From Collinsella sp. (lineage in GTDB: Bacteria; Actinomycetota; Coriobacteriia; Coriobacteriales; Coriobacteriaceae), in assembly GCA_048342015.1 (NCBI GenBank), contig DBGDFS010000030.1:3709-67708 (forward strand): DNA of 64,000 nt, read 5' to 3'. Made by a program: the position numbers and the translations under genes. Below, piece by piece: positions 1 through 8,649 of the stretch (position 1 is its first letter; each line of letters starts with the position of its first letter). The notes under the pieces are model-generated. The model was not told the origin of the DNA, did no database searches, and worked only from the letters and a program-made list of their open reading frames with translations.

Positions 1-244
1 CCAGGCCCAGACTCAAGATGCTCGCATCAACCACCGTGGCAGCCGTGTGATAGGACGACACTACGTTGACACCCGCCAGCGCGCCGCTATCGGCCGCCAC
101 CTGGGTATCCCCGGCACGCGACATGCTCCATATCGCCGCGGTCGACGAAAACAACAACGTGAGCACCACTAGGATGACCACGGCAGAAGAAAGCGTGGTG
201 TAGGCACCGTCTTCGATAAACAGGTCGATACCGGCGCGGCCCAT
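1..244 (-). CDS. TadG-like / Tad-domain pilus assembly protein, 5' part only (runs off window; start could lie slightly further upstream)
   Basis: My translation from ATG 244: MGRAGIDLFIEDGAYTTLSSAVVILVVLTLLFSSTAAIWSMSRAGDTQVAADSGALAG; hydrophobic pilin-like segment then Q-x-AAD-x-x-ALAG; follows tadE. Not in the ORF track because it has no stop in the window. Confidence 0.65.
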   Translation of the reverse strand, partial: MGRAGIDLFIEDGAYTTLSSAVVILVVLTLLFSSTAAIWSMSRAGDTQVAADSGALAGVNVVSSYHTAATVVDASILSLGL

Positions 245-308
245 AAAGCCGCCTCGTTTGCGATGGCAGCTCGGACGGCGCGTCAAAACGCATCTAGACC
301 AGAAACGC

Positions 309-794
309 TTAATCCCATGCAGCAATCCACGAATCATAATCTCCCTCCAGCCATTCGGGACGCGATTGATACGAGACATCGACCTTGAGCTCAACGTAGC
401 CGCCCTCGGCGGTACCACCCATAGCCTGCGCAAACGCACCGATCACAGGCAACGGCTTGACCTCGCCGGAAACGGACACGGACGAGACGCCACCCGCACC
501 GGCCCGGCCAAGCTCGATATCCCACGACAACGGCCCGCCGGCATGAAAGATCGAAACGTTGGGCACTGCGGCAAGCCGGCGGCGGGTAAACTCCTTAAGA
601 TCGTCGTCCTCCGCCGTCGTCGTGGTCATGAGCCGCGCGGTCTCGGCGGCGGCAGACTCCATGACCGCGCGCGTATAAAGCAGGCACACCGGTTGCAGTG
701 CGAGAAGGATGAGCGTCAGAAACGTCGGCAGCAAAAAAGCAGCCTCGACCGTAGACTGCGCCCGGTCCTCGCGCGCGATATCAATACAACGCAA
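309..794 (-). CDS. tadE: TadE-family pseudopilin
   Basis: AQSTVEAAFLLPTFLTLILLAL prepilin-like motif, then AAAETAR; likely TTG start at 794 after AAGGA. Confidence 0.75.
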   Translation of the reverse strand: MRCIDIAREDRAQSTVEAAFLLPTFLTLILLALQPVCLLYTRAVMESAAAETARLMTTTTAEDDDLKEFTRRRLAAVPNVSIFHAGGPLSWDIELGRAGAGGVSSVSVSGEVKPLPVIGAFAQAMGGTAEGGYVELKVDVSYQSRPEWLEGDYDSWIAAWD

Positions 795-999
795 TGTCCT
801 TAGCGCCCGCGGCGGCGTCGATAACCGACATCGAGGCAACGCCATGGGATGCCGCCCGCTCAACCAGCGCCGCCAAGCGTCCATCGGTGCCAGCACGCCA
901 AAGTCCCGCAATCGCCAGCACGATCGATAGCAGCGCCACCGTGACGATGGCGTATTCCACAGTCGCTTGGGCAACCTCTTCACGCAGAACGCCATGCAT
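781..999 (-). CDS. Flp/TadE-like minor pilin
   Basis: 72 aa, AQATVEYAIVTVALLSIVLAI motif; AAAGGAGG RBS upstream. Confidence 0.7.
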   Translation of the reverse strand: MHGVLREEVAQATVEYAIVTVALLSIVLAIAGLWRAGTDGRLAALVERAASHGVASMSVIDAAAGAKDIALY

Positions 1000-1000
1000 T

Positions 1001-1564
1001 TCACGATCCCTCCTTTGAGCTTATTGTTTGCGGGACCAGGCGCACCGCGCGCAGACGACACGAAGCATCGCCAGCATCCGCGGCAACCGTCACCATATCG
1101 ACCCAGCCGCGCCCATCGCGCACGATGGCGCCCCATACGTTGCCCTTAATATCGAGATAGCCGCTCAGGGCGAGCTGGGCCGTTGGCACCTCGCGGTAGG
1201 CGCGTAACATATCCGCCGCTGCCTCGGTCATCGGTCGGTCCTCGGACCATGCAAGCCGGACCGCAATCGCGTTGTCCTCAGGCGAATCCGTCGCAGTGCC
1301 AGACCGCTTGTCGAGCGTCCGCAGAAAGGTTTGCGCCGTGACAGCGACATCCGAATCGTCCGCATCTCGCATCTCATCTTTTTGAGACACCACCGCCGAA
1401 TCTGAGCCCGAATCGAAGGCGGCCCCAGGACGCTGCTGCTGCGCGGCGTTAAGCCCCCAAAGCACCGCCGCTATCGCCACGGTCAGGCAAGCAAACACCA
1501 GCAGCACCCCGATGGGGCGCTCGCCCTCTACAGGCTGTTGATGCCCTCGCTGATAGCGTTCCAT
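1001..1564 (-). CDS. Single-TM hypothetical protein within Tad operon (start uncertain)
   Basis: N-terminal hydrophobic stretch, fills the gap between the two pilin genes in the same orientation. Confidence 0.55.
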   Translation of the reverse strand: MERYQRGHQQPVEGERPIGVLLVFACLTVAIAAVLWGLNAAQQQRPGAAFDSGSDSAVVSQKDEMRDADDSDVAVTAQTFLRTLDKRSGTATDSPEDNAIAVRLAWSEDRPMTEAAADMLRAYREVPTAQLALSGYLDIKGNVWGAIVRDGRGWVDMVTVAADAGDASCRLRAVRLVPQTISSKEGS

Positions 1565-1761
1565 AGATCTTGGACCTTGCCTTTAAATGCAACGATGGCA
1601 ATAATCGCGATCACCACAAGCACGCCCACCAAAATGGCGTACTCGGTGGTACCCTGCGCGCTCTCCTCCCGCAACAGCTCCTTGGCATGCTGGCGAGCGC
1701 GGATCGCCCGGCAAAAAGCCCAGTTCCAAGCCTTGTCAGCAACTTCGACCATCGTGTTCAT
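1528..1761 (-). CDS. flp: Flp family type IVb major pilin
   Basis: 77 aa, AQG|TTEYAILVGVLVVIAIIAIVAFKG Flp motif; GGAGGA RBS. Confidence 0.85.
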   Translation of the reverse strand: MNTMVEVADKAWNWAFCRAIRARQHAKELLREESAQGTTEYAILVGVLVVIAIIAIVAFKGKVQDLWNAISEGINSL

Positions 1762-1771
1762 GTATTCCTCC

Positions 1772-2413
1772 CTACATCATCCCGCCTGCTCCCAACAGCG
1801 GGCCCAATATGGACAGAAGCAACGCCGGCAAGATGAGCGTGCCGGTGGGAATCAGCAGCTTGACGGGCGCACGCTCGATCTCGCGCTCGACCGCGGCGCG
1901 ATGAGCCGCACGGATCTCGCGACTTTGAGCGGCCAGTGTCTCGGCAAGTGGGGCACCCAGAGCGAGCGCCTGCCCCACCGTGATGGCAAAGGTCTCGAGC
2001 GCTCGCACGTCCAGGTCGCGTGCGGCGGCCAACAACTCGTCCTCACGCGTGCCCACGCCCACCTGCCACGCCATGCAGGCCCGCTCAAGTCGAAGAGCCA
2101 GCACTGACCGGCGGTTGGCGCAGAAAATCTCAAGCGCCGCATCAAACGAAAGACCGGCCGAAAGACCCAAGCGCACAACATCGATCATCTCGGACACTTC
2201 GCCGAGCGATACTCGCGCCGGGCCGCCCGCTCCAACCGCGCCCTTCATTCGCGCGGCCAGAGCATCGACCACCGAGCGACCCGCGGCAGCGACCAGCACC
2301 GCCTCGCGCTTGCAGGCCCCTGCGATCTTGCGTGCATCCGCCCGATCCAAACCCGTCGCGACAAATACACTCAGAGCGCACAGGCAAGCCGCAACTGCAA
2401 CCGGGGCGCTCAT
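1772..2413 (-). CDS. tadC: TadC / type II secretion F-domain protein
   Basis: LSAGLSFDAAL...GAPLAETL...ERAPVKLLIP motifs; ATG overlaps tadB stop. Confidence 0.8.
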   Translation of the reverse strand: MSAPVAVAACLCALSVFVATGLDRADARKIAGACKREAVLVAAAGRSVVDALAARMKGAVGAGGPARVSLGEVSEMIDVVRLGLSAGLSFDAALEIFCANRRSVLALRLERACMAWQVGVGTREDELLAAARDLDVRALETFAITVGQALALGAPLAETLAAQSREIRAAHRAAVEREIERAPVKLLIPTGTLILPALLLSILGPLLGAGGMM

Positions 2414-3336
2414 AGCTCCACCCGCATAATGCGCCGGATAACCACCAGGGCAACGGCGTTGAGGGCAAGACCCAGCACCACAGTGCCCGCGCCGGCAGGC
2501 GTCGCAAGACCGCGACGAAAATCTGCCGAAAGCAGCGCCAACACCGCGCACATGCCCGTCGGCATCGCCGCGACCATATGCGCAGACATGCGAGCCTGCG
2601 ACGTCTTAACATCCAGGCGGCGCTTGAGCTCAATGCGCTCCCCCACCATGCTCGACGCCTCGGACAGTAAGTCGGCAAGCGGAGCACCGGTGCGCTGAGA
2701 CACCTTAAGCGCCAAGGTCACAAGCGAAAGGCCAGGGGCGTCGATGCGCACGAGCAAGTCATCGAGCGCGTCGGTCGCCGAGATGCCGCAATCGATTGCC
2801 GCCGCCACCCGCAAAAACTCGGTATGTACCGGCTCTTGCGCATGAGCGCCCACAAAGCGCATGCCCTGGGCCAGTGAATGTCCCGAGGCAAGCGACATGG
2901 AAAGTGCGGTAAACGCCTCGGGCATGGCCTCTTCTGCATCGTGTTGCTCGCGCCGGCTCTCAAAGCCATCCCGAGCGGCACCAACGGCAAACGGAGCAAC
3001 AAGTCCCAAGGCAAATCCGAGGAGCGATAACGACACCATCGTTAGCAAAACGCAGCAGACACCGCTCGATAGCAGCAGAAACGCCAAACGCCCCGAAGCA
3101 TCCTCGATCGCGAGGCCAAGGCGACGCGCCGGAGCCAGCGATGCCCACGAACGGGCGATCTTTTTCAGCAGATCGTTTTCCACCAGCTCACGCGGCAGCT
3201 TCTCTGCCACCGTCTCGAGCGTCTGACGCGCCAGCTCCGCCGGCGGTACCTGCGGCACACGAGGTTCCGCCCCGCACGCCGTCGCAACAGAAAACCCTGC
3301 CAAACCCCCTACGACGAGGGGCACAGCGACCTCCAT
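2410..3336 (-). CDS. tadB: TadB / type II secretion F-domain protein
   Basis: MPEAF...LASGHSL, QRTGAPLADLL, KTSQARMSA motifs with TM segments. Confidence 0.82.
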   Translation of the reverse strand: MEVAVPLVVGGLAGFSVATACGAEPRVPQVPPAELARQTLETVAEKLPRELVENDLLKKIARSWASLAPARRLGLAIEDASGRLAFLLLSSGVCCVLLTMVSLSLLGFALGLVAPFAVGAARDGFESRREQHDAEEAMPEAFTALSMSLASGHSLAQGMRFVGAHAQEPVHTEFLRVAAAIDCGISATDALDDLLVRIDAPGLSLVTLALKVSQRTGAPLADLLSEASSMVGERIELKRRLDVKTSQARMSAHMVAAMPTGMCAVLALLSADFRRGLATPAGAGTVVLGLALNAVALVVIRRIMRVEL

Positions 3337-4637
3337 TCGTCCACCTCCTCTTGTGTGAGCGTCCCCGACCGCAGGCCTTCTGCGATAAACGGCGGCTCGC
3401 GGTCAAGCTTCCAGGTGCGCTCGGCGGCATCGAAAGTCACATAGCGCTCGAGCTCTACGCCGCCCGACGCGGCGCGACGCACCCCCGAATACGAGGAGAC
3501 GAAACGCCTGCCATCGGCGTGGCGCTCGGACATCACGATGCCGTCGAGCGCCATGGCAATCTGCTCCTCGATGAGCTCGCTCGGCAGATCGATGCCATAA
3601 CGTGCAAGCAACGTCAGACGCACCACGGTCTCCTGTTCTGAACCCGCATGAAGTGTCGTGAGCGACCCGTCGTGGCCCGTGTTCATGGCCTGCAACATGT
3701 CGCAGCACTCGGCACCGCGCACCTCGCCCACCACGATGCGGTCGGGGCGCATGCGCAGAGCATTGGTCACCAGGTCGCGGATCGTCACCGCGCCCTCGCC
3801 CTCAATTGAAGCCTCGCGCGCCTCTAGACGCACCACGTGCGGATGATGCGCAAACTTGAGCTCGGCAGAGTCCTCGATCGTCACGATGCGCTCGCCGGTG
3901 GAAATCTCACATGACAACGCGTTGAGCAGGGTGGTCTTACCAGATCCCGTGCCTCCCGCAACCGCCAGGTCCTGTCGCAGCGACACCGCGCACGACAACA
4001 GCTGCGCATACCAAAGCGGCAGCGACCCCAGCCCCACAAGCTCGTCCAGCGAGCAGATGCGGTCCGAGAACTTTCGGATGGTGAGAATCGGTCCGTCAAT
4101 CGCCACAGGCGGAATCACCGCGTTGACGCGATAGCCCGTTTTGAGGCGGGCGTTGACGATGGGACTGCGCTCGTCGATGCGGCGGCCAAGTGGCGAGATG
4201 ATGCGGTCGATAAGCACACGGATCTGCTCATCATCCTCAAACGCATGCTCGATGGGGTACAAGACGCCGCCGCGTTCAAAGAAAGCCGAGCGGCAGCCGT
4301 TGATCATGATTTCGGTAACGGTGTCGTCCTCGATGAGCGGCTGCAACGGCCCCAAGCCCACCACGTCATCCAAAATCTCGTCGATGATGGTCTCGCGCTC
4401 GGGCGTCGCGAGATCGGTCGGCTCCTCAACATTGAGCGCCGCCTCCACCGCGGGACGCAATTCCGAGCGGGCAAGTACCGGGTCGACATAGGCGCTGATA
4501 CGCGCCACTTCGTCGTAACCCATGCGGTCCATCACGGCGCGCTTAGTGCGTCGTTTCACCGCGCGGCGACGCCCCGCATCTACAGGCGCTGCCGCCGCTG
4601 CAGCGCCGGCAGCCTTAATCCTCGTTTGCAGGCTCAT
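3309..4637 (-). CDS. tadA: TadA/CpaF pilus assembly ATPase
   Basis: Walker [50 protein letters not shown]. Confidence 0.93.
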   Translation of the reverse strand: MSLQTRIKAAGAAAAAAPVDAGRRRAVKRRTKRAVMDRMGYDEVARISAYVDPVLARSELRPAVEAALNVEEPTDLATPERETIIDEILDDVVGLGPLQPLIEDDTVTEIMINGCRSAFFERGGVLYPIEHAFEDDEQIRVLIDRIISPLGRRIDERSPIVNARLKTGYRVNAVIPPVAIDGPILTIRKFSDRICSLDELVGLGSLPLWYAQLLSCAVSLRQDLAVAGGTGSGKTTLLNALSCEISTGERIVTIEDSAELKFAHHPHVVRLEAREASIEGEGAVTIRDLVTNALRMRPDRIVVGEVRGAECCDMLQAMNTGHDGSLTTLHAGSEQETVVRLTLLARYGIDLPSELIEEQIAMALDGIVMSERHADGRRFVSSYSGVRRAASGGVELERYVTFDAAERTWKLDREPPFIAEGLRSGTLTQEEVDEWRSLCPSS

Positions 4638-4639
4638 CG

Positions 4640-6286
4640 CTAATCACCCTCGCGCGACCAGGGAAGGCGGATACGCGGGCGTTCGGTGCGCGTTGCACGG
4701 TCGGCGACCATATCGCTCCAAGGGCCGACGGCGCACCCCAGTTCCACGAGCATCTCGCGCGTGGCCTCGCGCACGCTGGTCGCAAAAGCGCTAGTCTGCC
4801 CCACTGCCTCGTCAGCGCGCCCAAACGCCATGAGCGCGGCGAGATCCTGCCCGCCATCGGCGATACGAATCTTGGAGCTCAACGCACAGGCAATCTCAAA
4901 GCGCATGGCGACGTCCTCGTCTGCCCCGCGCGCACCGAACCGGTTGAACACGGCGCTCATGCGCGTGCGCGGCACACCTACTCGACTTGCCAGTTCAATG
5001 ACGCGCGACGCCGATGTCGCGGACGACACCGCAGCATCGCCAACGATCAGGCAACGGTCGCTCGCCGCCACCGCAGCCGCCACGGCGTCGCCCCAAAAGA
5101 CCGAGGTATCGATAAAGACCACGTCGGATTCGCGACGCAGAACATCAAGCAGTAGCTCCACCGGACGTGCCATGAGCTCGGCTTGCTCGGGCGCCGCGAC
5201 GGGACCCCAGAGCGTAACGCCCGGGGCGACGCGCATCGATGCGGCTACGATATCCGGCTCGGTGAGCGTGCCCGCCGCCGACGGCTCGATAAATGCCGCC
5301 ATATCGCGCGGAGCATCGACGCCTAACAAGTCGTAAAGGTTTCCAAACATCAGGTCCAGGTCGAGCACGGCGGCACGCAAGCCCAACAGCGACGATGCGT
5401 GTGCCATGGTGGCAACGATCGTCGACTTGCCGCAACCGCCCGAGCCCGAAATGACGCAGACGACCGGAGCTCGATGCGGCGAAGCGGCAGCGTCTGCCGG
5501 CGGCATCGGAGGCGGCGGGGCGGGCGTCGGTGACAGCGTCCCCGTCTCCCCCGCCGCAACTACACGCTGCGTCCAAGCCGGCATGGCGGCTTGTTCGGTC
5601 TGCGAGGCAGGCTCGTTCTGCGCAATCTGCTCATGCTGCATCAGCGACAACTCGCCGCACCCGGCAAAGCCCTCAACTTCGTCGAGTTCATCCGCCAGAT
5701 TCACGCCGTGCACGTATCCCATATCTACAGCCGGGGAGTCGCCAGCATGCTGCGCCGGCCCTCCAGCGTCATCGCATACAAGGGGGTTCCGGGGGCGCCG
5801 ACCATGCTCGGCTTCCGCTTTTCCACAATCATCAACACGCGGGCCTCTTGTAGCGCGAGGCGCCCCGGGTTCCCTATCAACAAAAGCATCGGGCTCAATC
5901 GTCATGCGCCGATCGGAATCAACCGCTCCCTCGCCCGCGCGCCCGTTGCCGCATATACTGTGCGCAGCGATGACCTCGGTCGCCCCCGCGCGAAACAACC
6001 CCTCGATATCCGACGGATCGAGCGCTTCTATCAAGACGACCACGCGACTCACGCGGCCTTCGGCCGTCAGGCGCGCAACAGTCTTGCGCACATCTTCGGT
6101 ATCAAACAGAGACGCCGCGATGATGGCAGCTCCGCGACGCGACGGAAACGCCCGCGCCATGGAAACCAGCCCGTCCAGGTCACCCACGCGAAGCACCTGT
6201 GCACCCGCGTCACGGCCCTCGACTTCCCGCTGCAACAGCCCGTAATCGCCGCACGCGCAGCACGCAAGCCAGATCGCCTTCATCAC
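4640..6286 (-). CDS. TadZ/CpaE-like MinD/ParA-type ATPase with degenerate receiver-like N-terminus
   Basis: SGSGGCGKST, VLDLDLMFG; position between cpaB and tadA. Confidence 0.8.
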   Translation of the reverse strand: MMKAIWLACCACGDYGLLQREVEGRDAGAQVLRVGDLDGLVSMARAFPSRRGAAIIAASLFDTEDVRKTVARLTAEGRVSRVVVLIEALDPSDIEGLFRAGATEVIAAHSICGNGRAGEGAVDSDRRMTIEPDAFVDREPGAPRATRGPRVDDCGKAEAEHGRRPRNPLVCDDAGGPAQHAGDSPAVDMGYVHGVNLADELDEVEGFAGCGELSLMQHEQIAQNEPASQTEQAAMPAWTQRVVAAGETGTLSPTPAPPPPMPPADAAASPHRAPVVCVISGSGGCGKSTIVATMAHASSLLGLRAAVLDLDLMFGNLYDLLGVDAPRDMAAFIEPSAAGTLTEPDIVAASMRVAPGVTLWGPVAAPEQAELMARPVELLLDVLRRESDVVFIDTSVFWGDAVAAAVAASDRCLIVGDAAVSSATSASRVIELASRVGVPRTRMSAVFNRFGARGADEDVAMRFEIACALSSKIRIADGGQDLAALMAFGRADEAVGQTSAFATSVREATREMLVELGCAVGPWSDMVADRATRTERPRIRLPWSREGD

Positions 6287-6957
6287 TCGTCGCCTCCGCT
6301 CTTTTTGCCGCGCGCCGTGGCGGGAATCGTCAAGCTGACCGTTCCCTTGCCCGATGCCCCCAGCAGTTCCTTGACGTCTTCGGGGTCAGCCGCCAGCGTC
6401 ACCCATTCGATCTTGCCCTCGCGCGTGGCACCGGAATCCTCACTGGTATCGATCACGTACGCGCCGCACAACCGATCGGTTACGCCGTCTTTTTGCACAT
6501 ACACATCCACGTAGCTGCCCACGCCCGTAGCACCGCCGACCGAGTGCTCGGCATCGACCGCCACCGAAACGGCGACCTTGCCCTTAGGCACCTCGAGCTT
6601 GTGGCTCTCGGCCTTGGTGTAGACATTGCAGATCACGGCGTTTTTGGGAATACGCGAAGTCGTCACGTCGCCGCGCACCTGGCGCAGCTCGGTCGCCGCG
6701 TCACGCGGCAGCAGACTTGTCAGCCATTCCTGGGTTATGACATTGGTCTCATCGAGGGTCTCGCCCACATCGATATCGCGCGCCGCGACGCATACCTCGA
6801 CGCGATCGCCACCGTACTTGGCCAAGGTCTCAGCCTGGACCTGTTCGGCTTGCGAGCGGATCGACGAGCCGTAAACCATGCAGAGCAGAGCAGCGAGCAC
6901 GCCCGCGACCAGACTGATGGCGATGCGCTTGCTCTTGTTCACGGCCGCTCCTCTCAT
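6283..6957 (-). CDS. cpaB: CpaB/RcpC Flp pilus assembly protein (SAF domain)
   Basis: TM then VCVAARDIDVGETL (SAF), VPKGKVAVSVAVD...VGG...GSYVDV. Confidence 0.83.
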   Translation of the reverse strand: MRGAAVNKSKRIAISLVAGVLAALLCMVYGSSIRSQAEQVQAETLAKYGGDRVEVCVAARDIDVGETLDETNVITQEWLTSLLPRDAATELRQVRGDVTTSRIPKNAVICNVYTKAESHKLEVPKGKVAVSVAVDAEHSVGGATGVGSYVDVYVQKDGVTDRLCGAYVIDTSEDSGATREGKIEWVTLAADPEDVKELLGASGKGTVSLTIPATARGKKSGGDE

Positions 6958-7142
6958 GGCAGTGCCGGGCGAATGCCCGTACCACCATTGTCTGGGCGGT
7001 CAGAGTGCAAAGCGGCGCAATCGCGATCTTGGTTTTCGATGTCAAACCAATCGCTGACCAAAAGCTGACCAGCCCGTCAAGCTCGTGGCAAGGTTTTGGT
7101 CAGCACGTCAACAAACTGCATGTTTCGAGGCTTTTCCGCAGG

Positions 7143-7177
7143 AAAAAAGCCGTCTCCCGAACAGTTGGGAGACGGCT
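7143..7177 (-). terminator. Intrinsic terminator after rsgA
   Basis: GCCGTCTCCC/GGGAGACGGC stem, T6 on minus strand. Confidence 0.8.
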
Positions 7178-7194
7178 GTCATAGAAAAAATCAA

Positions 7195-8379
7195 TTACAG
7201 ATGGACATCGGGATCGAGCATTTGAGCACTCACGCGCATGGATGACGCCAGGCTTTGGAACGTTTCCAAACGCAGGCTGTCGATCTGCCCGGCGTCCTCG
7301 GCCTCGCGAACGGCGCAGCCCGGTTCGTGGGTATGCGTGCAGTCGCCAAACCGGCACGCGCGCGATGCCTCGACAATCTCGGGGAAAGCGCGCGCCAGAC
7401 CCCGCTCGTGACCCACGAGCGGTAGGCTGCGCAGGCCCGGGGCATCAGCGATCACGCCGGCGTCGCCCGGCAGCGCTACCATCACGCGCGCGACGGTAGT
7501 GTGACGGCCCTGGTCGTCGCGTTCGCGCACACCGCCGGTCGCCAATGTATCGTGGCCCAGCAGTGCATTGAGCAGCGTCGACTTGCCGGCACCCGACTCG
7601 CCCAGAATCATGGCGCAGCTCCCGGCAGGCACGCAGATACGGACCTCGTCCAGGCCGCGGCCCTCGGCAGAGGACGTCACGATCACGCGCACGTCCGGAC
7701 CCACCAGGCGGCGCACGCGGTCCAGATCGCGCTCGAGCTCCTCGGCATCGCAGCGATCAGCTTTGGTGAGCACCACCACCGGCTCAGCATCGCAGTCGAG
7801 CGCCAACACCAGCGAGCGCGCCACGCGGTCGAGCAGCACCTCACCGGCACCGAGCGCCTGCACGATTAGCACGCTATCCACGTTGGAGCAGAGCACCTGA
7901 CGCTCTCCGCGGGCACGGCCGCGCCAACGCTCAAAGCTCGTACGGCGCGGCAGAACGCACTCAATCACGCCCATATCGTGCCCGGGAGCGCGGCGCACCG
8001 CCACACGGTCGCCCACGGCGGGCAGCAGCACCTCGTCCTCGCCGCGCGACTTGGCAAACCCCACGGCATGCTCGGCACGAAAGGTATCGTCGGCCGTCAC
8101 CACCAGCGGAAACCCGCGATCTAAGCGCACCACGGCGCCAAGCTGCATCTGCTCGGGCTCCTCAGCATGTGCGCAGAAATCATCAAAGGCAGTCTGCTGG
8201 GTTTCATCGACTGGCAGGTCATCAAACGCCGGAACGTCCTGCAGCGCGTCAAGCCCCGGCACGCTTGCCAGCAGCTCCTCGGCAGATACGGGAGCCTCGG
8301 TCGCGAGCTTCCGACGACGATCACGCTTAGCCCGCGCCCCCGTCGTCTTTTTCTTCGCCTTAGCCTTAGCCTTGCCCAC
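7195..8379 (-). CDS. rsgA: Ribosome small subunit-dependent GTPase RsgA family
   Basis: Permuted G motifs TKAD, GESGAGKST, GRHTT, DAPG; C-terminal CRFGDCTHTHEPGC. Confidence 0.9.
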   Translation of the reverse strand: MGKAKAKAKKKTTGARAKRDRRRKLATEAPVSAEELLASVPGLDALQDVPAFDDLPVDETQQTAFDDFCAHAEEPEQMQLGAVVRLDRGFPLVVTADDTFRAEHAVGFAKSRGEDEVLLPAVGDRVAVRRAPGHDMGVIECVLPRRTSFERWRGRARGERQVLCSNVDSVLIVQALGAGEVLLDRVARSLVLALDCDAEPVVVLTKADRCDAEELERDLDRVRRLVGPDVRVIVTSSAEGRGLDEVRICVPAGSCAMILGESGAGKSTLLNALLGHDTLATGGVRERDDQGRHTTVARVMVALPGDAGVIADAPGLRSLPLVGHERGLARAFPEIVEASRACRFGDCTHTHEPGCAVREAEDAGQIDSLRLETFQSLASSMRVSAQMLDPDVHL

Positions 8380-8458
8380 AAGCGCCTCCCAGCACCATAA
8401 ATCACAACTGAGCAGGTATTTTAAATCAAAAAGAGCTGGCCGGGCAAAGCCCTAAATC

Positions 8459-8493
8459 AAAAAGAGCCGGTCGAGCAAACGCTCGACCGGCTC
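8459..8493 (-). terminator. Intrinsic terminator downstream of P-type ATPase
   Basis: GAGCCGGTCGAGC/GCTCGACCGGCTC stem followed by T-tract on minus strand. Confidence 0.75.
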
Positions 8494-8521
8494 ACATACT
8501 TTCCCTCAGCTCATGGTCCCG

Positions 8522-8645
8522 AGAGGTTATCCGAAGGCCCGCCCGCCGGGAGGGGTTTCTTCTGAGCGATCCCGCAGCGCGAAGCGCGAGGACCAGCGAA
8601 GAAGAAACCCCGCAGGCGGTCGGGCCGGTGGGAAGGATGGCCTTT
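8522..8645. repeat. Long imperfect hairpin, possibly a divergent member of repeat family B
   Basis: Nested arms GGCCCGCCCGCC/GGCGGTCGGGCC and GGGGTTTCTTC/GAAGAAACCCC; abuts ATPase stop at 8650. Confidence 0.5.
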
Positions 8646-8649
8646 CGAC

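Noticed and set aside
87..293. 68 aa minus-strand ORF in the track
   Set aside because: A different frame over the same DNA gives a coherent TadG-like sequence
8422..8467. Short duplication TAAATCAAAAAGAGC
   Set aside because: Looks like a partial tandem duplication of the terminator; no further structure
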